Positions 38,301 through 46,567 of a DNA stretch of 64,000 nucleotides are shown here, piece after piece (the stretch's first letter is position 1; the number at the start of each line of letters is the position of its first letter). Source of the stretch: an uncultured Planctomycetia bacterium (lineage in GTDB: Bacteria; Planctomycetota; MHYJ01; WSZJ01; CAZWCX01); the NCBI GenBank assembly GCA_964632945.1, contig CAZWCX010000020.1, forward strand, positions 8,596 through 72,595, read 5' to 3'. The notes under the pieces were generated by a model that had not been told where the DNA came from, ran no database searches, and worked only from the letters and a program-made list of their open reading frames with translations. The position numbers and the translations under genes are program-made.

Positions 38301-41300
38301 CGATCGAGCGACTCGCGGGCGTCTTCCAGCGTCTCCGGGTCGCGGGATCGGCGGACCAGGACCATTCCCTGGACCAGGTAGGCGCGCGCGAGCAGGGCGC
38401 GCATGCCGATCTTGCTGGCGAGCTCCACCGCCTGCCGGGCGCTTTCCAGTGCAAGGTCGAATTCCTCGCGCGCGAGATGGACGAAGGCGCGCTCGGACAG
38501 GTGATACGCGCGCTCGTCGCGGGCCCGCGCCTCCGCGGGGACCTTGTCGGCGGCCTCCAGGTTGACGAGCGCGGCGTCCGCGTTCCCCATGCGGCGGTCG
38601 ACCGTCGCCATGCAGCCGAGGTAGCGCGCCTGGTGCGACCGCATGCCCCGGCTTTGCGAAATCGTCAGCGCGCGCTCGGCCACCGCGCGGGCGCTCGCGG
38701 AGTCCCCCATCGTCAGGTAGAGCCGGCACAGGTAGTGCGAGACGTCGAGGATGCCGTCCATGATCCCGCCTTCCTCGAAGATCTCGAGGCTGCGGGCGAG
38801 GCAGTCCTTGGACTCGCCGTAGTCCCCCTGGGAGTAGTGCAGGATACCCGTGGCGCCCAGACAGGAACCGAGCAGCCAGCGGTCGGAGACTTCCATGGCG
38901 ATCTGGGCCGCGCGCTTCAGGCACGGCATGGCCTGGTCGTATTCGGCGCGCAGGACCTGGATGAGGCCGACGCCCGCGAGGGCGTGGCCGACCCCGCCCT
39001 TGTCCCGGATCTCCTCGGCGATGCGCAGGGCCTTTTCATAATGGCGCATCCCCTCGTCGAGGTCCCCCTTGCCCATCGCGATGCCGGCGAAATTGGCGTG
39101 CGCGTTGGCCATGCGGCGCTTGTCGCCGATCTCGACGGCGGTGGACATCTGCCGCTCGACGAATCGGGCCGCCTCGTCGTATTCGCCGCGCGCGCGGTGG
39201 ATGACCCCCATGTTGCCGTAGGCGCGCGCCAGTTCGTCCTTGTTTCCCGCCTCTTCGGCGGTCTTGATCCCCTTCTGGAAGAAGCGGATCGCCTCCTCGT
39301 ACTGCGCCCACATCCGATAGAAGAGCCCGACGTTGCCGAGGGCGCGGCAGAGCAGGTTCTTGTCCCCGATCCCTTCGGCGATGCCGATCGAGACGTTCGC
39401 GTAGCGGAGCGCCTTGTCGTACTCGGTGCGGGCGTAGAAGATCTCCCCGAGCGTGCTGTAGACCACGCCGAGGCCGCGCCGGTCGCCGGCGTTGGTGAAG
39501 ATCTCCTTCGCGCGCGCGACGTGGTCGGAGAAGCGGTCGTTGTCCCCCTTGATCTGGTAGATGTGCGCCATGTGCGCGTGGACCTGGCCGCGCCGGGGGT
39601 CCCCCTCCGGGAGTCGCTGAACGGCGACCTCGAACTTGGCGAGCGCGTCGTCGAAGCGACCGACCACCCGGTAGATTTCGCCCGCGAGCGCCGCGACCTC
39701 GGCCACCTTTTCGCCCGGCAGTCCGTCGATGCCGAGCAGCCCGTTGAAGAGCGCCAGGGCCTGGTCGTTGGCGTAGAGGCGCATCAGTTCGCGGCCCGCC
39801 TCGAGGCCGTACTTGATCCCGCGCTCGGGCTCGCCCGCGCGCAGGAAGTGGCGCGCCAGTTCCTCGACGTGGCTGCGCGACGCGCTCGACTCGCGCTCGA
39901 GATACTCGCCCATGCGCCGGTGCAGGCGCCGGCGGGCGTCCTCCCCGAGCTGGCCGTACACCACCTTCTGAATGGTGGCGTGCGCCGGCCGATGCAGCCC
40001 CTTGGCCGAGCGAGCGGACCCGGAGCCGCCGTCCGTCTCCTCGCGTTGCACGAACCCCTTGCGCTCGAGCGCACGCAGGCACTCCCCGAGCGCAGGGCTC
40101 TTCACGTCCGCGACCGCCCCGATCAGGTCGGCGTCCGCCGGCCGCTCGATCGCCGCGAGCGCGTGCAGCACCGCCGCCTCGTCGCCCGTCAGCCCGGACA
40201 GACGCCGGTGCACCACCTCCTCGATCGTGCGCGGAATCTCGAGCTGACCCTTGTCGACCGCCCCCATCTCCCAGCGGCCGCGCTCATGCGCGACCACCCC
40301 CTTCTCCACCAGCGTCATCATGACTTCCTGGACGAAGAACGGGTTGCCGCCGGTCTCGGCCGTGATGCGATCGGCGAACGCGTCCAGCCCCTTCACCTCG
40401 CCGAACATCCCCCCCACCAGCTCCCGCACCCCGTCCACGCCGAAGCGCGCCAGTCGAATCATCTGCACCGGGCATTCGGCCTCCATCTCGCGCAGGACCG
40501 CCGCCAGCGGCCCCTCCTCCTCGAGACGGCTCGTGCCGATGAGATGCAGCCGGGGCAGCGACTCCAAACCCTCGTCGCCCGCCGCCAGGCGCGCGCGCTT
40601 GAGCTGCAGGTTCGCGGCCAGGTACCGCATCACCTCCAGCGTCCCCTGGTCGGCCAGGTGAAGATCGTTCAAGCACACGACGAGTGGACGATCGCGCGCG
40701 ACGTCGAGCAGAAACGACGCGAGATTGTCGATCAGGCGCAGGTGCTCCTCGCGCGGCTCCAACTTCGCGGACGGTTTCAACCGCTGCTCGGCCGCCAGTT
40801 CGGGCAGAAGCTTCACCAGCTCCGGACCGAACCGGGAGAGACGGTCCTTTCCCGGCCCCAGTCGGATCACCTGCTTCAGCACCTCCACGAACGGCCCGTA
40901 AGCGCGCGCCGTCCGCTCGTACCCGGTCCCCTCGGCGAACGCGATCCCCTGCAACTGGCAGTGGATGCGGAACTCGCGCAAGAGCCGCGATTTCCCGATC
41001 CCCGCCTCGCCCGCGATCAGCGTGAACGCCGGCAGGTTGATGTGCTTCTTCGCCGCCACGTCCTCGAGGCCGGTCTTGAGCAATGAGAATTCCTTCTCAC
41101 GCCCTACGAATTTCGCCGACAGCACATAGCCGCGTTTCGTCTCCCGCGTCTCGACCTCGAACTCGCGCCCGGCGATCCGGCTGATCGCCAGGATCACGTC
41201 CGCCGCGCGCTCGAACCGGTCCTTCGGGTCCTTGGCCATCAATCGCAGGATGATCTGCTCGAATCCCGCGCTGATGCGTGGATTCACTGCGCTCGGCGGC

Positions 41301-42043
41301 GGCGGCGCATCCTCGAGGTGCTTCTTGAGGATCAGCAGCGACGTGCCCGCGTCGAACGGGACCTGGCCGCTGGCGACGTGGTAGAGCGTGACGCCGAGCG
41401 AGTAGAGATCCGCGCGCGCATCCGCGCGGTCGCCCCGCGCCACTTCGGGAGCGATGTAGTGGACCGAGCCTTTGACCTTGTTGCGGCCACGATCCGCCGT
41501 AAAATTCCCCGCCAGGCCGAAGTCGAGCAGCTTGATCGTGTTGTAGGCGAATGGTGAGGCCAGGATGGTGAGGAGATCGTCCTTGCCGATGTCGTACGCG
41601 GCGCGCGCGGCCTCCTCGTTCGTGACCATGATGTTCGTGGGCTTGAGGTCGTGATGGACCAGGCCGCGCGAGTGAATGTACTCCAGCACCCGACAGATCT
41701 GGGTCACCAGCGCGTACAACTGATTCGGGGCGAGCCCCCGGGTCGCCTCGAAGAAATTGCAGCCGTTGACGAATTCCTGCGTGAAGAAGTACGTGTCCGA
41801 CGTCTCGACCACCCCCATGTCATAGACCTCGGCCAGGTGGGGATGGGTCAGGCGGGTCAGGTTCTCGAACTCCGCCTTCAGGTGGCGGGCGGAGTCCTCA
41901 TCGACCAGACCGGGACGGAGCCGCTTGAGCGCCATCAACCGTCCGTCCCGGACCTGGTCCTCGACGAGGTAGACGTTCGCCATCCCGCCATCGCCGAGGT
42001 GGCGCAAGACCCGGTAGCGGTGATGGAGGACTTCGGGGGCCAT
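35303..42043 (-). CDS. Giant (2246 aa) multidomain regulator: Ser/Thr kinase + STAND/AAA_16 NTPase + TPR array + GAF + GGDEF (AGDEF variant) + GAF + sigma-54 AAA+ activator + Fis-type HTH
   Basis: One uninterrupted frame. Kinase motifs: LGDGGMANVYL, ALKRL, HHDLKPTNIMV, DFGLAG, HYIAPE. P-loop LIAGEAGIGKSRLL with a STAND-like region. More than 15 TPR-like repeats. GAF (…RGFLILRG…). GGDEF domain (RVDLDRFQVINDFHGAEAGNDIL…GRGAGDEFDVVLPET). A second GAF. Sigma-54 module: GESGTGKE Walker A, GSFTGA (a variant of GAFTGA), and EDLYYRLNV. C-terminal HTH EKAAQRLGLARSTFYYRLK. The start ATG is at 42041-42043. Confidence 0.75.
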   Translation of the reverse strand: MAPEVLHHRYRVLRHLGDGGMANVYLVEDQVRDGRLMALKRLRPGLVDEDSARHLKAEFENLTRLTHPHLAEVYDMGVVETSDTYFFTQEFVNGCNFFEATRGLAPNQLYALVTQICRVLEYIHSRGLVHHDLKPTNIMVTNEEAARAAYDIGKDDLLTILASPFAYNTIKLLDFGLAGNFTADRGRNKVKGSVHYIAPEVARGDRADARADLYSLGVTLYHVASGQVPFDAGTSLLILKKHLEDAPPPPSAVNPRISAGFEQIILRLMAKDPKDRFERAADVILAISRIAGREFEVETRETKRGYVLSAKFVGREKEFSLLKTGLEDVAAKKHINLPAFTLIAGEAGIGKSRLLREFRIHCQLQGIAFAEGTGYERTARAYGPFVEVLKQVIRLGPGKDRLSRFGPELVKLLPELAAEQRLKPSAKLEPREEHLRLIDNLASFLLDVARDRPLVVCLNDLHLADQGTLEVMRYLAANLQLKRARLAAGDEGLESLPRLHLIGTSRLEEEGPLAAVLREMEAECPVQMIRLARFGVDGVRELVGGMFGEVKGLDAFADRITAETGGNPFFVQEVMMTLVEKGVVAHERGRWEMGAVDKGQLEIPRTIEEVVHRRLSGLTGDEAAVLHALAAIERPADADLIGAVADVKSPALGECLRALERKGFVQREETDGGSGSARSAKGLHRPAHATIQKVVYGQLGEDARRRLHRRMGEYLERESSASRSHVEELARHFLRAGEPERGIKYGLEAGRELMRLYANDQALALFNGLLGIDGLPGEKVAEVAALAGEIYRVVGRFDDALAKFEVAVQRLPEGDPRRGQVHAHMAHIYQIKGDNDRFSDHVARAKEIFTNAGDRRGLGVVYSTLGEIFYARTEYDKALRYANVSIGIAEGIGDKNLLCRALGNVGLFYRMWAQYEEAIRFFQKGIKTAEEAGNKDELARAYGNMGVIHRARGEYDEAARFVERQMSTAVEIGDKRRMANAHANFAGIAMGKGDLDEGMRHYEKALRIAEEIRDKGGVGHALAGVGLIQVLRAEYDQAMPCLKRAAQIAMEVSDRWLLGSCLGATGILHYSQGDYGESKDCLARSLEIFEEGGIMDGILDVSHYLCRLYLTMGDSASARAVAERALTISQSRGMRSHQARYLGCMATVDRRMGNADAALVNLEAADKVPAEARARDERAYHLSERAFVHLAREEFDLALESARQAVELASKIGMRALLARAYLVQGMVLVRRSRDPETLEDARESLDRARELAQSVKNPEFLWQAHTGLAEVLRKRNHPLKAGFHAEEVRKVFAQVAAKLPEEYREAYARDPRRKAAVELAAKIDTEVQSRKDETTTLAADFTSAGADRWFANLVRDHAGSPVGKDFSQLVRLVEVGRRIGAEQDPRKVLEYIIDTAIEITGADRGFLILRGAGGATGGRLQFEVSRNLGSRDIDDPATKISKGIAERVIETGEILLTPNAQTDKRLAPLGDVAGLRVRSIICVPIRMRGAIAGALYLDSLFTEKAFAEREAALLLVMTDHAAVALDNARLHQQMVFDRVSGAFVPAYVDGILERELDRCRRYSRLVSILRVDLDRFQVINDFHGAEAGNDILREVCGILRKGIRNVDVLGRGAGDEFDVVLPETERVEAVRLANRLRTEIATWPFQAAGRDVNVTVSVGVLTCPTDAQTLTSTRERLNEAVYNAKRNGRNCVFTFEAGVESEREVQRKVAQDADLDQLVVSRDGITVLGMLMKVINAGLDLDKVLELTMRMMLQVTRAERGFIMLRGVDGKLKPVTALNFNDEEIRSPQFEFSSTIVEQVARTGEPAVVTDALAESQFRGQDSIMDLQIRSILSVPIHLEGETIGVVYMDNLAGNKRFTEEDRELLAQFADKIAAPIENSRLYARQKEEADFLKRTLTTSLEQLRTKYSYGNIVGRSKAMQELFKVLDKITETHFPVIIHGESGTGKELVAKAIHFNGPRKDKPFVAENCGALPESLLESELFGHVKGSFTGADKDKEGLFAFANGGTLFLDEIGEMGLEMQKKLLRVLQEGEIRPVGGKKSIKVDVRIIAATHRDLKKMVEEGTFREDLYYRLNVFTLRLPPLRERRDDLPLLIEHFLEKYAAESGTPKKEVARDAMRRIVDFEWPGNIRQLENEVKRALAFAGEAITLEDISPEIANYRPAGAGVGADGGGRRRGGSSAAIDMKGMVSIRDKTFDQIVADVYKAVLDEAGGSVEKAAQRLGLARSTFYYRLKEAGISVKKGKG

Positions 42044-42442
42044 CCTTGTTCCTGGAATTTGGACTCGGGGACAGCCTGTACCCCAGGCGGGTGGATGGGT
42101 TCCGATTGCGTCGGGGGGGAGGAATCAGCGTCGGCAGAGACGTTACCAGATTCTGGATGCTGGTGTCAAAGAGGTTCCAAGAAGTTGCATCCACTTCCGG
42201 GCGATCGAAAGGCGGCAGGGAAGAGGCCGGACCCTGGGGTTCGCATCCGGGAGCACCCGCGACCCCGCAGCGGCGGAAAGTCCAGGGCGTCCCGGCCGAC
42301 GTGCCGGATCCGGGGACGCCCGGCGCGCGCAGGCCACCGAGCGGCCGGCTCGCGAACCGGGGGTCGGGGGAACATCTCCCTCGCTCCGCCCGGGGCGCCC
42401 CGGACGGGAACCTTCGTCCCCCGTCGCTTCAGGACACCCGCG

Positions 42443-43537
42443 TCACCGCTTCACCGCCGCGCAGATCTTCTGCAGCAGCGGGTTGTCGAAATCGCTCATC
42501 GCCGCCGCGCGGCCCGGCGACCCCGACTCGCCCAGGCGGGTGATGACCAGATCGAGACTGCGAATGACGTAGATCTTGCTGTCCTTCGCGCCGAGGGCGG
42601 CGACCGTGTCCGTCGGGGCGTCGGGGAACAGCATCCCCTTCCGGGTTCGATCCAGATAGGGGGTTCGGTGGCTTGCGCTCCCGTTCAGCCACCACAAGTA
42701 GCCGTACGCGCCGTTGTCGCTGCCGGAGGGCCTCGTGGCCATGTCGACGTACCGGGACGAGACGATCTGCTCCTTCCCCCAGCGCCCCCCCCGCAGGATC
42801 AGGAGGCCGAACCGGGCCATGTCCCGACAGGTCGTCTCCAGGCCGTGATGGGTCAATCGCTCCGAGTTCTCCGTGACGGACATCATCGCGCAGCGCGATT
42901 GCAGCATGCCGATCCGCCGGAACAGCACCTCCTGTGCGAACTCGTCGCGCGTCTTCTTCGTCGCCCGGTGGATCAGGGTGCCGACCAGTCCATACGCCGG
43001 ATTGCAATACGCCCAGCGGGTTCCCGGGTCGTAATCCAGGGGAAGGTCGAGCGCGAATCCGGTCTTGTCCTTCGCGCGCATGTGTTCGATCATGTCGGAG
43101 CGCACGGAAGAGTGAAGCCCCGAGGTCATCGTGAGCAGGTGGCGGACCGTAATCTTCTCTTTCTCCGTCCCCTTCCATTCGTGGAACCAGGTCGACGCGC
43201 TCTCGTCCAGGTCCGGAATGAACCCGCGTTCGTGGGCGATGCCGACCAGCACGCTGTCCACGCTCTTCTGCGCGGAGTACATGTCCCGAACCGTCTGCCG
43301 GCTCCAGCCGTTCCAGTACCGTTCCGCCACGATGCGGCCGCCGCGCACCACGACGAGGCCGTGCGAGTTCCGCTCGCCGGCGAACGCCAGTGCCTCTTCG
43401 AGAAGCCTCGGGTCCATGCCCGCCTCGACCGGCGGGATCGCTTCCCACTCTCGATCGGGAACGTACGGTCCTTCCGCGAGCGTGATCGCGGGGAGCAGCA
43501 AGAGGAGCAGGACGGCGGGGCAAGCGAGTCTCTTCAT
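42443..43537 (-). CDS. Secreted serine hydrolase, beta-lactamase family
   Basis: Signal peptide MKRLACPAVLLLLLLPAITLAEG. S-x-x-K motif YSAQKS, and YCNPAYGL and HSGLET-like elements. The start ATG is at 43535-43537. The track ORF starts 90 codons earlier in R-rich sequence. Confidence 0.7.
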   Translation of the reverse strand: MKRLACPAVLLLLLLPAITLAEGPYVPDREWEAIPPVEAGMDPRLLEEALAFAGERNSHGLVVVRGGRIVAERYWNGWSRQTVRDMYSAQKSVDSVLVGIAHERGFIPDLDESASTWFHEWKGTEKEKITVRHLLTMTSGLHSSVRSDMIEHMRAKDKTGFALDLPLDYDPGTRWAYCNPAYGLVGTLIHRATKKTRDEFAQEVLFRRIGMLQSRCAMMSVTENSERLTHHGLETTCRDMARFGLLILRGGRWGKEQIVSSRYVDMATRPSGSDNGAYGYLWWLNGSASHRTPYLDRTRKGMLFPDAPTDTVAALGAKDSKIYVIRSLDLVITRLGESGSPGRAAAMSDFDNPLLQKICAAVKR

Positions 43538-43683
43538 GCGGACAGAGTACCGCAGCACGCGCCCGGGGGGTTTCGGAAATCTGCATTGCACCTCGGATCC
43601 GACACGTTCGACCGCCGCCGATAAATCGACGCCGGAGGCGGGATTCGGCGGAACCCGCCCGCGAGTTCCGGGTTTCCAGGGGC

Positions 43684-44451
43684 ATGAGCACCTTCCACGC
43701 CGCCCTCTGGGTCCTCTGGCTCTCCGCCGCTCCCGTCGAGATGAAATGGCGGGTCGACGGAGAAGTCCGCCAGGCCCTGGTCTACGCCCCCGTGCAGGCG
43801 ACCGCATCGCCGCCGCCGCTCGTCTTCTCGTTCCACGGGCACGGCGGCACGATGAAGAGCGCGGCGGGAAAGTTCCGGTTCCACGAAGAGTGGCCGGAGG
43901 CCGTCGTCGTCTATCCGCAGGGACTGCCCACGCCGGGGATGACCGATCCGGAAGGGAAGAAGCCCGGATGGCAAAAGGTCCCCGGGGACTTGGGGGACCG
44001 GGACCTCGCGTTCTTCGACGTCATGCTCGCCGCGATGAAAGAGAAGTACGGGATCGACGCGCGCCGCGTCTACGCGACGGGGCACTCGAACGGAGGCGGG
44101 TTCACCTACCTCCTCTGGGCCGAGCGCGCCGAGGTGCTCGCCGCCCTGGCCCCCTCTTCGGGGGGACGCGCGCGGCTCGCCGAGGTCGCCCGCATACCTC
44201 TCCCGGTGTTTCACCTGGCGGGAACGGCGGATCGGGTCGTCCCGATCGAGTCGCAGGAACGAATGATGGCCGCCGCGCGCGCGCGCAATGGCTGCGAAGA
44301 GCAGGGCAGGCCCTGGCGCGGCTCGTGCACGCTCTACCCCTCGGCGGGTGGCACGCCGGTCGTCACGTACGTGCACGACGGCGGCCATGCCTACCCAGAT
44401 CGGGCGACGTCTCTGATCGTGAAGTTCTTCCAGGAGTATCCATCGTCCTGA
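43684..44451 (+). CDS. Alpha/beta-hydrolase esterase, PHB-depolymerase-like (Esterase_PHB/LpqC family)
   Basis: PLVFSFHGHGGT, and the nucleophile elbow ATGHSNGGGF. The family-typical layout continues through HLAGTADRVVP and YVHDGGHAYP. Confidence 0.7.
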   Translation: MSTFHAALWVLWLSAAPVEMKWRVDGEVRQALVYAPVQATASPPPLVFSFHGHGGTMKSAAGKFRFHEEWPEAVVVYPQGLPTPGMTDPEGKKPGWQKVPGDLGDRDLAFFDVMLAAMKEKYGIDARRVYATGHSNGGGFTYLLWAERAEVLAALAPSSGGRARLAEVARIPLPVFHLAGTADRVVPIESQERMMAAARARNGCEEQGRPWRGSCTLYPSAGGTPVVTYVHDGGHAYPDRATSLIVKFFQEYPSS

Positions 44452-44689
44452 TGGGGTCGATTCGCGCCGCCCAGCGCCGATCTCCCCACCCCGGTCCGTG
44501 AAGCCGCCGCTGCACCGGCACGGGAGCAACCCCGGCCCCGGAACCCTCCCCGCTTCGCCCGGAACCCCGAACGCGAACGGTGCGGACGACCCCGACCGGA
44601 CGCCTTGACGGAGTGGGACCCACACCCTACGATGCCGGAATCGGACCAGCCCGGTCCGCATGGCCAGGGGCGTTCGGGAGGAATCCACC

Positions 44690-45727
44690 ATGGGCGCGTC
44701 GAATCGTCTTGTGGCCGCGGCCCTGTTCCTGTGCGTGCCGGCGCTCGGGGCCGATACGGTGGAACTCTCCGACGGCTCCACGGTTGCCGGCCGCGTGTCC
44801 ATCCTTCGCGACGGCAGCGTCGAGGTCTGGACGGCGAAGGGACTCGAGGCCGTGACGCGGGAGCGGCTGCGTCGAATCCTTCCCGACGGGGCCGGCGAAG
44901 ACACCCCGGTCGAACCTCCGGTCTTCGAGTCCAGCGGGGAGGCACTGCCCGAGGCCTACTCCGACCCGAACGCGAAGCACGGCAAGGTCTACCTCGAGGA
45001 TCTCAAGGGGGCGGATGCGACGCTGCAGATCCGGGCCGTTCGGGCGATCGGGCAACTCAAGCATTCCGCCGCGCTGGAGCCGTTGCTCGACCTGCTGATG
45101 AAACCCGCGCCCCCCGGAGCCGTCCGCCACCTGCACTATGCGCTGCACCGACTCGACCGGGGCGCCGTCCTCCGCTCCCTGCGCCGACGCGTCTCCGAGA
45201 AGATGCCCTCCGAGCAGGCCCATGCCGCGCTCGACTGGTGCTTCCCGGTCAAGGACGCCCAGGCCGCGCGCTGCGCCATCGAACTCTACTACCACATGGA
45301 CCCCGGAGTCTCGACCCGGGCGCGCTCCTTCCTGGTCCTCCGCCGCAAGGTGGGCGTGCCCGCGCTCCTCGAAGTCGGCGCCCGTCTGCGCGGCGAGAAT
45401 CTCCGCATGGCCGCCCGCCTCCTCGGCGAGATCGGCGACCCCGCCGCCGTGCCCTGGTTGGCCTCCCTCTGCTCCGAAGTACCCGACGACAACCCCGACC
45501 GCGATGCCGCGATGGAGGCGATCGGGAAGATCGGGCTGCCGGGCGCTCCCGCCCTGGTAACCGCGCTCGCCGGGAACAATTCGAAGTGGGTCTGCGTGGC
45601 GCTGCAACGGATGTCCGGAAAGCCTTACACGCGCGAACGGTCCGACCAATGGAAGGCGTGGCTCAAGGACAACCGCCGCGCCGTCGAGGCGGCATCGCGA
45701 GCGCGATTCCCTGAAGACTACAAGTAG
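44690..45727 (+). CDS. Secreted HEAT-repeat (PBS-lyase-like) protein
   Basis: Signal peptide MGASNRLVAAALFLCVPALGADT. Repeated units of the …IRAVRAIGQL… / …RMAARLLGEIGDPAAVPWL… type. The ATG at 44690 has GGGAGGA upstream. Confidence 0.6.
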   Translation: MGASNRLVAAALFLCVPALGADTVELSDGSTVAGRVSILRDGSVEVWTAKGLEAVTRERLRRILPDGAGEDTPVEPPVFESSGEALPEAYSDPNAKHGKVYLEDLKGADATLQIRAVRAIGQLKHSAALEPLLDLLMKPAPPGAVRHLHYALHRLDRGAVLRSLRRRVSEKMPSEQAHAALDWCFPVKDAQAARCAIELYYHMDPGVSTRARSFLVLRRKVGVPALLEVGARLRGENLRMAARLLGEIGDPAAVPWLASLCSEVPDDNPDRDAAMEAIGKIGLPGAPALVTALAGNNSKWVCVALQRMSGKPYTRERSDQWKAWLKDNRRAVEAASRARFPEDYK

Positions 45728-45780
45728 GAGAAGCTCACCCGCTCCCGTCGGCCGGCTCATGTTCCTCCAGGAGATACGCC

Positions 45781-46446
45781 ATGTTCGGCAAAGCCGCGAT
45801 CCCGCACCGCATGTACTGGACTCTGCTCCTGGCGCTCCTCGCCGTCACCGGCCGCGCCGAGGAGAAACCCGTGGAGATGCCTCCGGACGAAAAGGTCGAG
45901 GCCGACGCGAAGCACCTGCGCACCGCAACGCTCGGCGGCGGTTGTTTCTGGTGCGTCGAGGCGGTGTATCAGAATCTCGCCGGGGTGAAGCGCGTCGTCT
46001 CCGGGTACGCGGGCGGAACGACGGAGAACCCCACCTACGAGGCCGTGTGCGCGGGGATCACCGGCCACGCGGAAGTGTGTCAGATCGTCTTCGATCCGGA
46101 GAAGGTGACCTACGGGGAGATCCTCGAGGTCTTCTTCAAGACCCACGATCCGACGACGCTGAACCGCCAGGGGAATGATCTGGGCACGCAATACCGCTCG
46201 ATCATCCTCTACCATGACGACACGCAGCGGGACGCGGCCGCAAAGAAGAAGAAGGACCTGGACGAGTCGAAGGCGTTCCAGAATCCCATCGTCACCGAGA
46301 TCGTCCCGTTCAAGGTCTTTTACGAGGCGGAAGAGAAGCACCAGGACTTTTTTGCCCGCAATCCGAATCAGGGGTATTGCCGCGCCGTGGTGCGCCCCAA
46401 GGTCGACAAGTTCAAGAAGGAATTCGAGGACAAGATCAAGAAGTGA
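45781..46446 (+). CDS. msrA: Peptide-methionine (S)-S-oxide reductase, secreted form
   Basis: Signal peptide, then the catalytic motif ATLGGGCFWCVEAVYQ. The MsrA fold continues through …YRSIILYHDDTQRDAA…. Confidence 0.85.
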   Translation: MFGKAAIPHRMYWTLLLALLAVTGRAEEKPVEMPPDEKVEADAKHLRTATLGGGCFWCVEAVYQNLAGVKRVVSGYAGGTTENPTYEAVCAGITGHAEVCQIVFDPEKVTYGEILEVFFKTHDPTTLNRQGNDLGTQYRSIILYHDDTQRDAAAKKKKDLDESKAFQNPIVTEIVPFKVFYEAEEKHQDFFARNPNQGYCRAVVRPKVDKFKKEFEDKIKK

Positions 46447-46567
46447 CGGCGAGTGCGCCCCTCCCCCGAGACGGCCGCCGCGCCGGCGATTGCTTGCAGG
46501 CCGTCGGCGCCCGTGACAGAGTAGCTTCGGTCCGATCGACCCCGGTCTGGCTGGAAGGAGACCCGCC

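Noticed and set aside
35132-41086. 1984-aa plus ORF, plus the 811-aa minus ORF at 36489..38924
   Set aside because: Both are antisense or out of frame relative to the 2246-aa multidomain regulator. The translations are R/A/G-rich without recognisable domains.
42044-42442. Search for a sigma-54 (TGGCAC-N5-TTGC) or other promoter upstream of the giant regulator and of the phosphorelay operon
   Set aside because: No convincing match to the -24/-12 consensus was found by eye. I am not reporting a promoter feature without a PWM scan.
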